A DNA stretch of 63,945 bases, filler included, from Bipalium vagum (lineage: Eukaryota), in the NCBI GenBank assembly GCA_037834085.1. It is 4 parts of 4 records of this genome, joined end to end, with 100 filler letters (N's around TTAATTAATTAA, not from the genome) between each part and the next. Parts side by side here need not be neighbours in the genome. Positions count along the whole stretch, not along the records: positions 48,283 to 63,945 come from JBBMKC010153425.1; 3 more parts are not named here. One strand, 5' to 3'. The notes under the pieces are model-generated. The model was not told the DNA's origin, made no database searches, and worked only from the letters and a program-made list of their open reading frames with translations. Positions within the stretch are counted from its first letter, which is position 1; each line of letters starts with the position of its first letter. A program made the position numbers and the translations under genes. Below are positions 52,140-63,945 of the stretch, piece by piece.

Positions 52140-53480
52140 CCAGTGGTTGGGGAACCCGGAAAACGGTTCATGATTTTTATTATATCAATTATACATTGAT
52201 TAATAGAAAAAATTGTTTTCATATACGATCTCTATCTACATAATTACTACAATGTCAACGAATAAATGTCGTAAAATATTGATTTCAATGCAATTATATC
52301 TAGAAATGTTTCCAGTTGTAATTATCTGGAAGCGCACCAGAAAAATTCTGAAAATCATTTCTAATAATTATTTTGGAGCAAAAGACAACAATATATACTG
52401 GAATCAATTTTTCAACAATATATATCTGCACACTGGAGACACTTATGATTATGAGAAATAAATCTATAAACTATATCAATACCAATTAATTAAAAAATAA
52501 TAATTTTCAAAAATAGTACAATTTGATAGGGTTTAAGAGTGTTTTGAGTTATGATTAATGAGAAATATTAATTATCAAAATTAATTTGTTACGATTTGAT
52601 TAATAATTATTATAATTAATGGGGTGTGATTAATTCCTTAAATTAAATTTATCATAGCTGTAAACTGCGTTAAACAAAAAATTCATTCGGGTTTTTTTGA
52701 ATAAATTCACATTATTATTTTAAAAGATTATTAACAAAGTCATTAACTTTAACGTAAGTAACATAATCCATGACAGCCAGATTTCCTTATAAATTCTATT
52801 TCCATCTTCATCTATAAATCGCTTTAATACCTTGTATCGTTCTTCTTGACATATTTTCTGCAAAAAATACACAATTGTCAGTTTACGATTTCTATGATTT
52901 CCTTGGAAATATTCAATTATTGGGACAGCTCTATCTTGATAAAAATTAAAGCTCATTTTTACAAAAAAAACATGTTATATATGAAATTAAAGCTTACTCA
53001 ATCTTCTCTTAGAATACAGAAATTTTCAATCAATAATTTAATAATTGTAAAAATTATGATTGTTTAAAGTATGCACTAATACTTTTGAAACACACTATGT
53101 GCACTGTTGTTTTTTGATTGTGTATTTAATTTTGACTTGAGATTCTTCCAATTTCTTTCTTGCTTATCCTAAGTATTGTTTCTGCAAGATAAATTTATAT
53201 TTTAAAATTTTATATCAATTAAATTTTATACATCATCATCGTATTTTACATTTATGATGACGGAATTTGAAACAGGAAAAAGCCGCTTATGGTAAACTTT
53301 ACTTTCAGGTTCAATTTGAGAATATACACAATTGTGCGTAGATGCTTTTGTTAACAGTGGTTTTCCGAAATAACATGACTGGATTGGTTTCAATGATTAA
53401 ATACAGTTTATTTTGATGTGATCCTTATAGAAGAATATAGATGGTAATAAGCTTAAGTCTGGAAAATATCTAAAATCACC
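52140..53480 (-). pseudogene. Multi-exon decayed host gene, possibly cyclic-nucleotide-gated-channel-like S1-S4
   Basis: Short GT-AG introns; FIDEDGNRIYKEIWLSWIMLLT, IFLVRFQIITTG..LFVDIVVIM*IEIVY..IIKIMNRF; in-frame stops. Confidence 0.3.
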
Positions 53481-55039
53481 TAGAAAAAGGTTTCACATAA
53501 AACTCGAAATAATTCTTATCATGAAATAGAGACAAATTATCAAACAAAGTGGTAGCTTTATTTTATAAATTAATTTTTAAAACTGATATGATTAAGCAAT
53601 GTGCCAATTTGAGGGCCTTAATTGTGATAACAGGATAATAGTAATAACAATAATAATACACATTAATTATGAATTATCAATAATAAGTCATGGTTAGAAT
53701 GACAAAGATATTTAGTTAACACAGAAAATATCGAGTTTGTTTCATGGTAATTTATTTGCTAATAAATTGGTTATTTGATTTGTTAAAGAAAAATTATATA
53801 TTACTCCTGTCAATTTCTCAAAATGAAATCAGGTTCAACGCGTAAAGGTATTTTAAAACTAACTTTTGAAGTTTAAATGTAACTTAAGATGAATGTGTTA
53901 ATAAAAAATCTTAAAGTGAAGATATGAAAAGTAACTTCAACTTTTAGAATATATACATATTAAACGAATTTTTAAAAATCTAATTGAAGTAAGACGCTTT
54001 TACAGTGAAACTAAAATAATAAGTAAATAATACTTTCCAGAAAAATAACAATTAGAACTTTGTATTTGAATATCAGAAATGTAGGTGGCGAATTCGAAAG
54101 AATTAAAAACATTGTTATACAAATAGAAGTGATTGGAAAAGCTTTATTATGTATGAGAGAGTAATTATTAACAGACCAGATTATGGAAGACTGCGATTGT
54201 AAATAAAGCGTCCAAAATCAATAGAGTCAGGTAGTTCGAAGATTTTTTTAAAGTACAGTCTTACAGCCAAGTATTGAAGATATAATAACTGTTGATTAAG
54301 TGAAGTTGATAGTGATTATTGATCGGAAACCAGGACAAGAAGGCAAGAAGTAGTTCAATCTAAAGTTCAATCGATATTGTTTATTATTTCCGAAGGTGTC
54401 ATGATTGCTTTATAGACCGTCCAAGATTTAGATCTTCATTAAATTAGTTGTAATGTCATTAGTTCATAGTAATGGCTCGATTATTTATCAAGGATTACGT
54501 TCCGATCTGAGATTTTGTGTCAGTTGAACAACAATAGAGCTCGGAAACATCCCCAAGGAATCTAGCGCAGAAAGATTGATAAGACTGTTTCATTTCTTTA
54601 TTTTATTTTTAAAATTTTGAGATAATTCACATTTATTCATTTTTCATATTTTCATTAAATCAATTGTGTACTTAGGATTTTTTAAAATATTTATGAATTT
54701 TGAAATAACCGTAGGACAAAGGAATTTACAGTTAAATTTTATGTAATTGATTGAAACCTTTCTTATAGGATTAATAGAAACTTTAGATTTATTTTCATTG
54801 ATTTTGAAAGGATTTGTTAGAATAACAGATACAACAATTATTGAAATTGAAATTAGGTTTTAGCAGGCAAGGTTCATTTAGTAAAATTGTTCTAAAAACT
54901 AAACGCTAAAAAACTATATTTTAGAACAGACAGTAACTCATAAAGTATATTATTGATAATTAAATATTATGTATGTCAATTAATTCTGTCTTTTAAAATC
55001 GTTTTTTAAAAAACACTTTATTATGAAAAAACAAGTACA

Positions 55040-55330
55040 TGCACAGTGGTGGGTTGAAAAGTTCGGTTAAATAAATATGAAAAAAATAAAATCAAAAGAT
55101 AAAAAATTTATTCTTCAATGTAATCTCCAACAGGCTGAATACGCTTTCTTAAACGTTTCTCAAAATCTTTGATGCCAATTTTGTAGGCCAATTTGGAGAG
55201 GTCTGCAAAATAGCCAGCCATAGAGGTAATCACCTCACTATTTGACAAAAATCTTTGTCCAGCGAAATTTTTTTCAGGTTTCTGAACAGAAAAAAATCTG
55301 ACGGGACCAGATCTGGAGAATAGGATGGGA
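55040..55330 (-). mobile_element. Mariner C-terminal remnant
   Basis: PYSPDLVPSDFFLFRNLKK; TIR-like GGTGGGTTGAAAAGTTCGG. Confidence 0.8.
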
Positions 55331-55619
55331 ATAGAAATAATTCTGCTTTGACGTCGATTTGGACAATTGGTCGGAGTTGAATATGGAGTTTCCTTGCGTA
55401 GTATTATGGAATGACAAACTTCTCATCTCTAGTCAAAATGCGGTGTAAAAGACTTTCTTATTTTCCTTTCAATTTAGATCTCACCCATTATTTTTCTCCT
55501 CTCTGTGTCTCTTTCTTTCATTTTACATGACAACCATCTTCTTTCTTTATAAATCCTTCCCATGGCCGCAAACGCACAGAAATATTTGTTCTGTCAACAT
55601 TTAGAAATATGAAATTATT

Positions 55620-55930
55620 AAACAGGACATTATTTCAAGTACTATAAAACCCAATCTTGTGCTGCAGAATAATAATGCAAGGCTGCACATTTGAAAAATA
55701 GTGGCTGATACTTTGTGTGCCAGTTCTTCCATGGTCAGCGCGATCTCTTGATATGTCTCTTACAGAACATGAATTGGATAATCTTGGCGACATGTCAATG
55801 CAAAATTATAATCATATGGCAACTTCAACAGATTAAAAAGCAAAATCTATTACCACAAAATATTTTCAAATTTTTTTTTAAGCATTGGGAGAAGAATACT
55901 GGAATGTATTAATAAAAGAGGCAATACTAT
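55620..55930 (+). mobile_element. Tc1 C-terminal remnant
   Basis: LQNNNARLH...VLPWSARSLDMSLTEHELD (degenerate DNARPH / WPARSPDMSPIEH). Confidence 0.65.
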
Positions 55931-56880
55931 TAGTTATTAATTGTGAAATAATAAGTGTTCTGTTGAAATCTTGTTTTATAATGTAATACTTTTTGTGTAT
56001 ATATAACAGTTATACTATTTGTTAATATCATATTTAATATATGTTAATGTGTAACATCCAATTTTAATGAAATACATGTACATATAATGTCTGATTCCAA
56101 TAATTTTATCGTGAAAAATACAATTCAGTAATATATATAATTTTATCAAGAAGACCGATCAAAGAATATATGTAATCAGTTATTTTGAAACCTTGCTTCA
56201 GTTTTTTAAGATTACGCATTATCCAAAGATCATACTGGTAAACCTAACAAGTGGTGTTTGGAAGTTATTAAAATATGAAAGAAAATTTCAAGAGTAATGG
56301 CTATTGCGGAATTTACTAGAATAAATAAATTAAGTGAAAGACCAGTTATATTTTTATTATCCAAAATTGAGAAAGTTATCTTCATTTAAAGTTTTCTAAG
56401 AATAAAGAATAAACAAATAAACATTAAATATCGTGTTTGTTCTATCACTGATAATATGAATGAAATAGAAAAATAAAAGTTTACTAACGAAAAGAAATGT
56501 ATTTATTACTAATCCCATGAAGTTCTCCTTTAACACCATAAAACTTTTAATTTCAGAATATCCTTGAGGAATTTAATATCATTCTATTCAAAATACAATT
56601 TCTTTTTATACATGGAGTCCTGGGAAATTGAGCTGTCGGATACATTTAGTGATATTTTCGTTTTATAACTGATATGATCATAGAAATCTAAATTGAATCA
56701 CAGTACATCATTTGAATAAATCTAAATTAATGAATTTGTTTTATAACTGTTTACAAATATACAGGTATAATAATTAAACATTTTAAATATGAGTGATAAA
56801 TAAAATAGAACACTCAAGGTAAAATTATTGTTCCATGATTTATTGTGATTTTGAATGTGGCCTAACACCGATGTAGTTTA

Positions 56881-58151
56881 TCAGGTGAGTCAGAAAGTAA
56901 CCTCGTTTTTCTAATTATTCAAATTAATTGCTAAATATTGACAATTTTATTGGTGTTTTAATAATATTGATACAGAAATATTTGAAGCGCAATATTTGAA
57001 ATATAAGAAATCATATTTATTTTTTAAATTATAATTTATATAATTCAGTGGCTACATTTGTCCCGACTAAGCAAAATGTTTGAAATTGGCTCCTGTACTA
57101 ATATATCCGTGGATCTACGGCCACAGTACCTGCCGTTAATATTAATGACATAAATAAAGGATTCATTAATATTCGCCAAGCACAGGAATGGTTTTCCAGA
57201 TTCATGTCTGGTGACTTCAATCTCAATGAACATGAAAAAAATGGACGTCCACCAACGACTGACGACGCATTATTGGAAGAACTCATAAGTAGCGATTCAC
57301 GATTAACGACTGAATAGATATAAAAAACCCTCGGCTGTAGTCCTACTACAGTTAAGACGCACTTACATATGATTGGAAAGTCATATAAGGCAGATGACTG
57401 GGTACCTTATGAATTGACCGAAAAAAAGAAGCTGTTAGACTATCTGTTTGTCAATCACTGATTCTGAAGAACAACAGTGATCTGTTTCTTCAACGTATTG
57501 TCACGGGGGACAAAAAGTGGATTCAGTACCACAATCCAAAAAGACAAAAGTAATGGTTATTTCCTGTGAAACCCCCATTCCAACACGAAAACCAGGTCTT
57601 CATCATAAAAAACCTATGCTTTGCATTTGGTGGGATTGTCGTGGGGTAATCTATTTGGAATTGCTCGAATCAAATCAGACAATTGATGGCAACAAATACT
57701 GTGATCAATTGGACAAATTAAATGAGAACTTGATTAAAATTCTTTCAGCTTTAGTCAACAGAAAAGGCGTCATTTTCATCAAGACAATGCCAGGTCACAC
57801 ACCTCGAAGATCACATCTAAAAAAAATTAAAGACTTAGGATGGGAAGTTATGGCTCACCCACAATATAGTCCAGACATTGCTACAACAGATTTTCACCTC
57901 TTCAGATCTTTGCAGCACTTCTTATCTGGAAAAGGATTTCAAAATGAAGATCAGGTCAAAAAGTAGATCTAATCATTTATTGACTTTTAATCTTCCTAGT
58001 TCTTTGAAAAATGGATGAAATGCTTGGTTGACAAGTGGCAGGCTATAGTAAAAAATAATGACGATGTGATTGATTTATGATAAATTTAAATGTAAAAATT
58101 TGTAAAATAAAATTTTGTGATAAAAACGAGGTTACTTTCTGACTTATCTAA
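56881..58151 (+). mobile_element. Full-length decayed mariner (Hsmar1/cecropia-like motifs)
   Basis: 30-bp TIRs TCAGGTGAGTCAGAAAGTAACCTCGTTTTT / AAAAACGAGGTTACTTTCTGACTTATCTAA; AQEWFSRF, WVPYELTE, IVTGDKKWI, MLCIWWDCRGVI, HPQYSPDIATTDFHLF. Confidence 0.93.
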
Positions 58152-58169
58152 ATACAAATCAATTTCATA

Positions 58170-59070
58170 TAGCCTTTAGGGATTGAGCACTGTTAAAGAA
58201 TTGCACTTACTCACAAAATTCCAGCGTGAATGCACAAATCCGCAGGATGAATTTCATAAAGGTCATCAGTCATCATCCGTTTTGATGATTTACCTGAGAG
58301 ATCGACTTATCACATACATTGACAATGAAGCAATCGTTCATATTTCTTTTCATGAAAGCAATTGAAATCATGTTACAGGATAACCTGAAGATGCGAAACC
58401 TATGGAGTTGTTGAATCCCACACAATTTGACATCTTTTGCAATCTCGTTTTAAATAATGATAAAAAATGATGCAGAAATTTAACAGAGTTCATTTAAATT
58501 TAATTTAAAAAATCATCACTGATTAATAAAACATGGATGTATTCGTACGACAGTGAAAGTAAATAACTGTTTGGGAATTTAAAGATGATTTTAAACCATC
58601 AAAAGTTGTTAGGTTCCACAGTGCCTCAAAGTAAATGATTACTGGTTTCTGTGGTTTTATATAATCAAAGGAATATCTATGCTGAATGACATACAACAGT
58701 TTTTCTACTACATATGATTTTAAAAATTAGCGAGCTCGACCGAAATCAACAAAATATTCTTCATCGTGACAATTCCAGTTCTCATATAATCATCATTGCA
58801 TCGATTTCGAATTTACGAAAAATGTAGAATTAATGAAACAACTTTTATTCAATTAACTTGCCACCTTGTGACTTCCTTTTGTTTTCAACCATCACACGGT
58901 AATCGCTTTTCATTGCCTGAACTATTTCTGAATGGAAAAATGTTTCAAAAACCGGTTCAATCGCATACAAAATCACGTTGACTTAAAAGGCGATTATTTT
59001 GAAAAACCTAAATGTATTTGTCCTTTGGTTTTTTTCTTTTTTTGAGGCACTAAACCTCCAAGCAGCCTAC
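58170..59070 (+). mobile_element. Heavily decayed mariner
   Basis: QDEFHKGH, RDRLITY, IPHNLT, LHRDNSSSH. Confidence 0.65.
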
Positions 59071-62000
59071 ATACCTACTTAAATTTTAAAGTACATATAA
59101 GACAAAGAGAATAAATTGAGAATAATGAATGTTTATTTTGTAGGTACAAAATTTAATTTCTTTTTTATTTGTTGATGTTCTAAATATAATATGATATCGT
59201 TGATATTAAATTTCAGAGCCAACGATAATTAAGAATGAAGAACTGACAAAAGATTTAAAAGGTGTTTTTTTCAAAGTTATTAAAAATGTTAATGATGACA
59301 GTGTTAAGATTATTTAAAGTTGTAGAAATAAAACAAGGAGAACTTGAAATATCGGGATTTAAAAATTATTTTTATTTTTATTCCTTTTTATTATTTTATT
59401 TTTTATGTGAAGTATCAATGTTACACCTCAATAATCTTGAATAAGAATTTTTCTTTAAATTAAACAGGGTTATTGTAGCCATCATTCAACAGTTCCCATG
59501 AAGGATAATTAATGTTGCCATCAATTCCTTAATAGAAAAACAAATTCATAGTTTCTTTTCCTATATAAAATATCATTGAAAATTAACAAATTTTCTTTCA
59601 ACAGTCAGAGCAGGGACATTTTTGACAAGGATTGAATGAATTTGAGTCCACATCCTAAGCGAACGTGAAACCCTTTGTTAATTTGTTATTTTGATAAAAT
59701 CGTTGTTTATTTTGTCTATTTTATTCATCGTTTACTTTTTCATTGGTTTGGAACAATCTGTACATGTAACCTCACAAGCAACTTTATTTATGATCAACCT
59801 AGGATCGGATATCCACGAAAAATTAATGGTGTAACATATAAAATTTCTTATTCCAACCAAATAATACATTTTATTATTAAATAACCGTCATAACTCAAAA
59901 TTTACATAAATATCAAAAATATTTTGTAAAAGTCTATAAAAATGGTAATTAATGGTAAACAAAAGGCTTGCTATTCTTTCTGATGATATTTTTGGAAACG
60001 TTCAGATCAATGTAATGTGAACTTTTAATATAATTTTTCCGTTGAATATTTATTACCAAACATATTTCTAATTGTAAAGGATGTTCAATTGTAGAGTAAT
60101 TATTGTCATTAGTCTTGAGTAGGATTGTCAAACAATTATTATTTTTGTGTTCGAAATTTTCAAACTTATCATTATAAAATAAAATAATAATAATAATAAT
60201 AATAATAGTAATAATAAATAAATAAATAAATTGTGAAAGACCCTTAACTTTTTTATTTATTAAAATATTATTAATTCTATTATTGGTTTTACAGAAACAG
60301 ACTATGATATTAAGGGTGTCTACCAGAACCATCTTGTTTTATTTTCAATTGATTTTTAATTAATTTTCAAATAGTTTCAATAACATTTCAATTTTCGTAA
60401 AATATTCACATTTTTTTGGAATATATACTTCAGAATTCACAAGTTTAGCTGAAAATAATACCAAAAAATAAGACTATCTTAACCTGAAATATTATATTAT
60501 TTATTTATTGCTGTATTTATTTTAATTTTACATAAATGGAAAGACAAGTTTTAAAATTTTCAAATAAACATCAATATTTTGTTTTAATCAAAACGTTCAA
60601 AATTTTTCATCAGTAAATTAATAGTAAATTTTGATTTTATAGGATCAAGTTTTGGACTTAGTGATCATTTATATGAACTTTTAATAAGTTGGAAAAAGAA
60701 ATTCTAGATTACCTAATTTTTGAATGTTAAGATAAAATATAATTATGACATCCATTATTCTGTCAATTAAATAAAACAAAATTACTGAACTGTTATTAAT
60801 TGATTTTATTTCTAATTATATTTTATTACCGTGTTTTCAATAATAAAAAAATTATTTTAAAATAATTATTATAATGTATATATTATTATATATATAATTT
60901 TTATGAATAAAAACATTGATGTGTATATACTTATGAAAGCTTTCACAAAAAAGTGCTATACTTTCTCAAGCCAAACATAAATATATAATTTCTGTGTTTT
61001 CACCAAAATTTATATAATACAATATTATACCTGATGTTAAAAATAAAATTTTCGTAGAGAAAAATATAAAAAATATACATTTTTTGTGTTTCCATTGTGA
61101 AAACGAATCTGTGATTAAAATTTTCCAATCAGTGATACTTTCTTCGGCGTCGTGTTCGTCGCGAATTTATTTTACCAGATGTTCTAAGTATGAAACCATC
61201 TTTTAATGATGATATCTTGTAATTTCCACATTATTAACAACAATTATTTCTTTTTTATTTATTTCTATTTTTTATATTTTTCAAAGTTTAATTTTTATTA
61301 AATTTAAAAATTATTTTTCGTATTTTCTCAAGATGGTTCTCTCTAATTTATCTTGCCATACTATAATGCTGAATAATTAAATTTTAATAATAATAATTTA
61401 TTAGTAAACGCATTTAAATTAAAAGAAATGAAAGATAAAATTACTTATAATAATAAAAATATAACATATAAAAATATAATAATAATACCAATAATAATGA
61501 AATAATAATATAAATAATAAATATATTAAAAAAATAATTAAAATATAAAAAATAATATTAATAATAATAATAAAAATATAAAAATAATTATAATAAATAA
61601 TAATAATAGTAATATTATTATTAATAATAAAAGATATAATGAATAATTTTATTAAAGGAAAGTGTTTTGCTTTCATAGATTCAAAGATAAATAAATGATT
61701 TTCACAAATTTCCTGCATCAACAAATGATGCTTGACTTGCTGCATTAAGTAAACATATTTGGTCATTGAAACGATTGCTGGTCATGATTTACTGAATGAA
61801 CTACCAAAACGTGCCAAATTGACATAATTAATGAAATCAACATTGAGTGGTGGTGCGAAAATAAAAATTGTTTGTAAAATTTATTGCTAAAATTACCAGA
61901 AACAATGCCACAAAATACACAGCATCAACATCAGCACCTATATCAGAAACTACGAAAAAAAAATAGTTTTCAGGCCAAAAACACACCTCTCAGTGAAAAA

Positions 62001-62772
62001 GTTAGAAATTTTAAAAACTGATCTCGTTGTGTGATTGTTATTGAAAAAAAAACTACTGACAGAACAGCATTGTGAAAAACTTTCTCTTGATAAATTCCAT
62101 AGAAATTTAGAATTGAACAAGTGACAATCAACCAGATCTGGCACACGCACACTCACACTCAAACAGCAAACTAGATCAATAAAATCGTATGAGACTCACA
62201 AATAGTGTTGGTATGTAAGTATGTGACTGAGTATGTAGCACACTGGATTTCTTTAACATACCTACTTTGATTGGCCAATACCTGTGCAACGCACTGACAC
62301 AACTCACAGATTACAACAACAAAATCGAATGGCACGAAAACTGATTGTCTTGCAGAACCGATATTGTGTAAGTTAATCTGAAAAGCACAAATTCGTTTGT
62401 TTCTTCCATCATTTGTTGAAGAGACAACATTTTTTTCCAAACGACAGTTTTCATTGGTCCTTTAAAAATGAGTGTACCATGTTACTATTTTTATTGACCA
62501 GCAAAATCAGACAACAAATTGTTATTTTTGTTCTGGAAACTTAATAATTATTTGGATTATTTTCAATAATAACAACAGCACAAACTAACAGCGATATCAA
62601 CCGTTACACAAATCGACTTGTCGTCAGTTTGAATAACATTGGAAAATAAAGATGAGACAGGACAAAGTAAATGTATGATGTAAAACGTGTTTATTTATTT
62701 TCTATCCTTGGACAATATCGACAATCGACAAAGCAGTATTTTTTGTAATAATTTCTCTTTGTAAATTTGCAG

Positions 62773-63803
62773 ATGAACGGCAATTCCAATGGTCACATAT
62801 CTCCGAAAGACTTTTCTTCAGGAAATCAAATCAAAACGTCCAAAACCAATTTATACATTAAAGGCTTGCATAGCAACTTTACCGATGAAAACATTCTTGA
62901 TTTGGCACCGGACAAAAGTCTGGTGCGTTCCGTGAAAGCTGCCATAGAAGACGACAAGAAATGTAAAGGTGAATAGTGAATATTTGTTAATTATTCCAAG
63001 CAAATAAACGTCATACAGGATATGGATTTATTGAATTTGTCACACCCGAAGATGCTCTCTATGGACTGGCATATATCCAGGAAAGACATCCTAATTTTAC
63101 GATCAAATTTGCAAAAGTATGTCATTACTAATGTCAACGTTTGAGGAACCAATTCTGATCTGACTGTATTTAATTTCAGGAAAACGAGAAAGATAAAACT
63201 AATTTGTACGTCACAAATCTCCCCAAATCCTGGACCAGCAAAGACAGCGACAAATTGAAGGTCATTTTCGAAAAATATGGAGAAATTCAGTCTGCTTTTA
63301 TTATGCTGGAAAAATATGCCAATAAACCCCTCGGTTAGTTTTATTTGAGGAATTTTCTTTTGGTTTGTGAGAAAAATATTCTTGAGGATAACATTTTTTC
63401 TCTTGGTTGTCCACATAAAGCTTCACAATAAATGTTTCTCATAAGTTATTAAAAGCATTTTTGATAATCTCAAATAATATCCAATGTTATTAAATGAACG
63501 CAAACAAATTCTCATAACATTAAATATTTTGTTCTTGGATCAAGGTGTGGGATTTGTCAGATTTTTCCAAGAAGAATCAGCTCAACTAGCAATCAGCGAT
63601 TTGGAAACCAATCCACAAGTATTGCTGGAAGATTCTTCCTGTCCTTTGGAAGCAAAATATGCTGACAAACATAGCACGGATTCCCGGCGCAAACATTCAG
63701 TTCTGAAATCTGGAGTCAATGGAAAATTACAGAGCTCAAACCAAACGCCGCTATTGACAAGTCCGAATGGTTCTCAAATTCTGACGGCTTTAGTCGATAA
63801 CAG
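62773..63803 (+). CDS. RBMS: RBMS/MSSP/alan shepard (shep, sup-26)-family two-RRM RNA-binding protein; exons 62773-62968, 63019-63116, 63180-63333, 63545-63803, continuing beyond the window
   Basis: Spliced frame: SKTNLYIKGL..KAAIEDDKKCK|GYGFIEF..IKFAK|ENEKDKTNLYVTNLP..|GVGFVRF..PLEAKYAD; all introns GT-AG (50, 63, 211 nt) and phase-consistent; motifs match RBMS family. Confidence 0.9.
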
Positions 63804-63875
63804 GTACTGCATTGATTATTAAGTTTAAGGTTCAGAGAATCTTATTTGATTTTAAAATTTGTATCATTTTATTGA

Positions 63876-63876
<1 letters not shown>

Positions 63877-63945
<69 letters not shown>
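63877..63945. repeat. (ATT)n microsatellite
   Basis: Direct reading. Confidence 0.95.

Noticed and set aside
48910-53480. Stop-codon reassignment explaining in-frame stops in host-like exons
   Set aside because: All three stop types plus frameshifts occur, while the RBMS exons and the 27.8-kb exon have no internal stops; pseudogenisation is simpler
62991-63416. 141-aa minus-strand ORF
   Set aside because: Antisense shadow of the RBMS exons, no motif of its own; the same applies to antisense ORFs over transposases (e.g. 1549-1872, 3988-4359, 10567-10806, 19548-19898, 25873-26103)
1-63945. CRISPR arrays, rRNA, prokaryotic operons, hammerhead ribozymes
   Set aside because: No regularly spaced repeat-spacer array, rRNA motif or convincing CUGANGA/GAAA core was seen; the sequence is eukaryotic with spliceosomal introns

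Overview
Very AT-rich eukaryotic (metazoan, invertebrate-like; species not determinable) genomic scaffold that is mostly a transposon graveyard. It contains about 20 decayed Tc1/mariner/pogo elements from several families (mariner DD34D, Tc1 DD34E, a nearly intact DD35E Tc1, maT-like, Tigger-like and POGK-like pogo) and a Merlin/ISXO2 remnant. It also holds several Ty3/Gypsy remnants and a cluster of Polinton/Maverick (adintovirus-like) relics: PLA2 tail, two integrase C-termini, a GG-rich amphipathic protein and an adenain-like protease. Host-type sequence comprises a well supported spliced RBMS/shep-family two-RRM gene at the 3' end, a Q/N/S/T-rich exon at 27.8 kb that is phase-compatible with it, a small intronless divergent U1-C zinc-finger ORF, a tRNA-Ala-derived relic and several orphan decayed exons (LRP2BP-like; more tentatively RMC1-like and CNG-channel-like). 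The most notable signal is a Gypsy integrase read in frame into a signal peptide, followed by a fragment resembling chuvirus/Jingchuvirales-type glycoproteins (candidate env-bearing Gypsy lineage). It lies next to a retroelement-like ORF with a degenerate DEDDh exonuclease fold. Three 100-nt N-TTAATTAATTAA-N spacers and one N run are assembly joins, so long-range linkage across them is uncertain. All family assignments come from manual motif recognition, not database searches.
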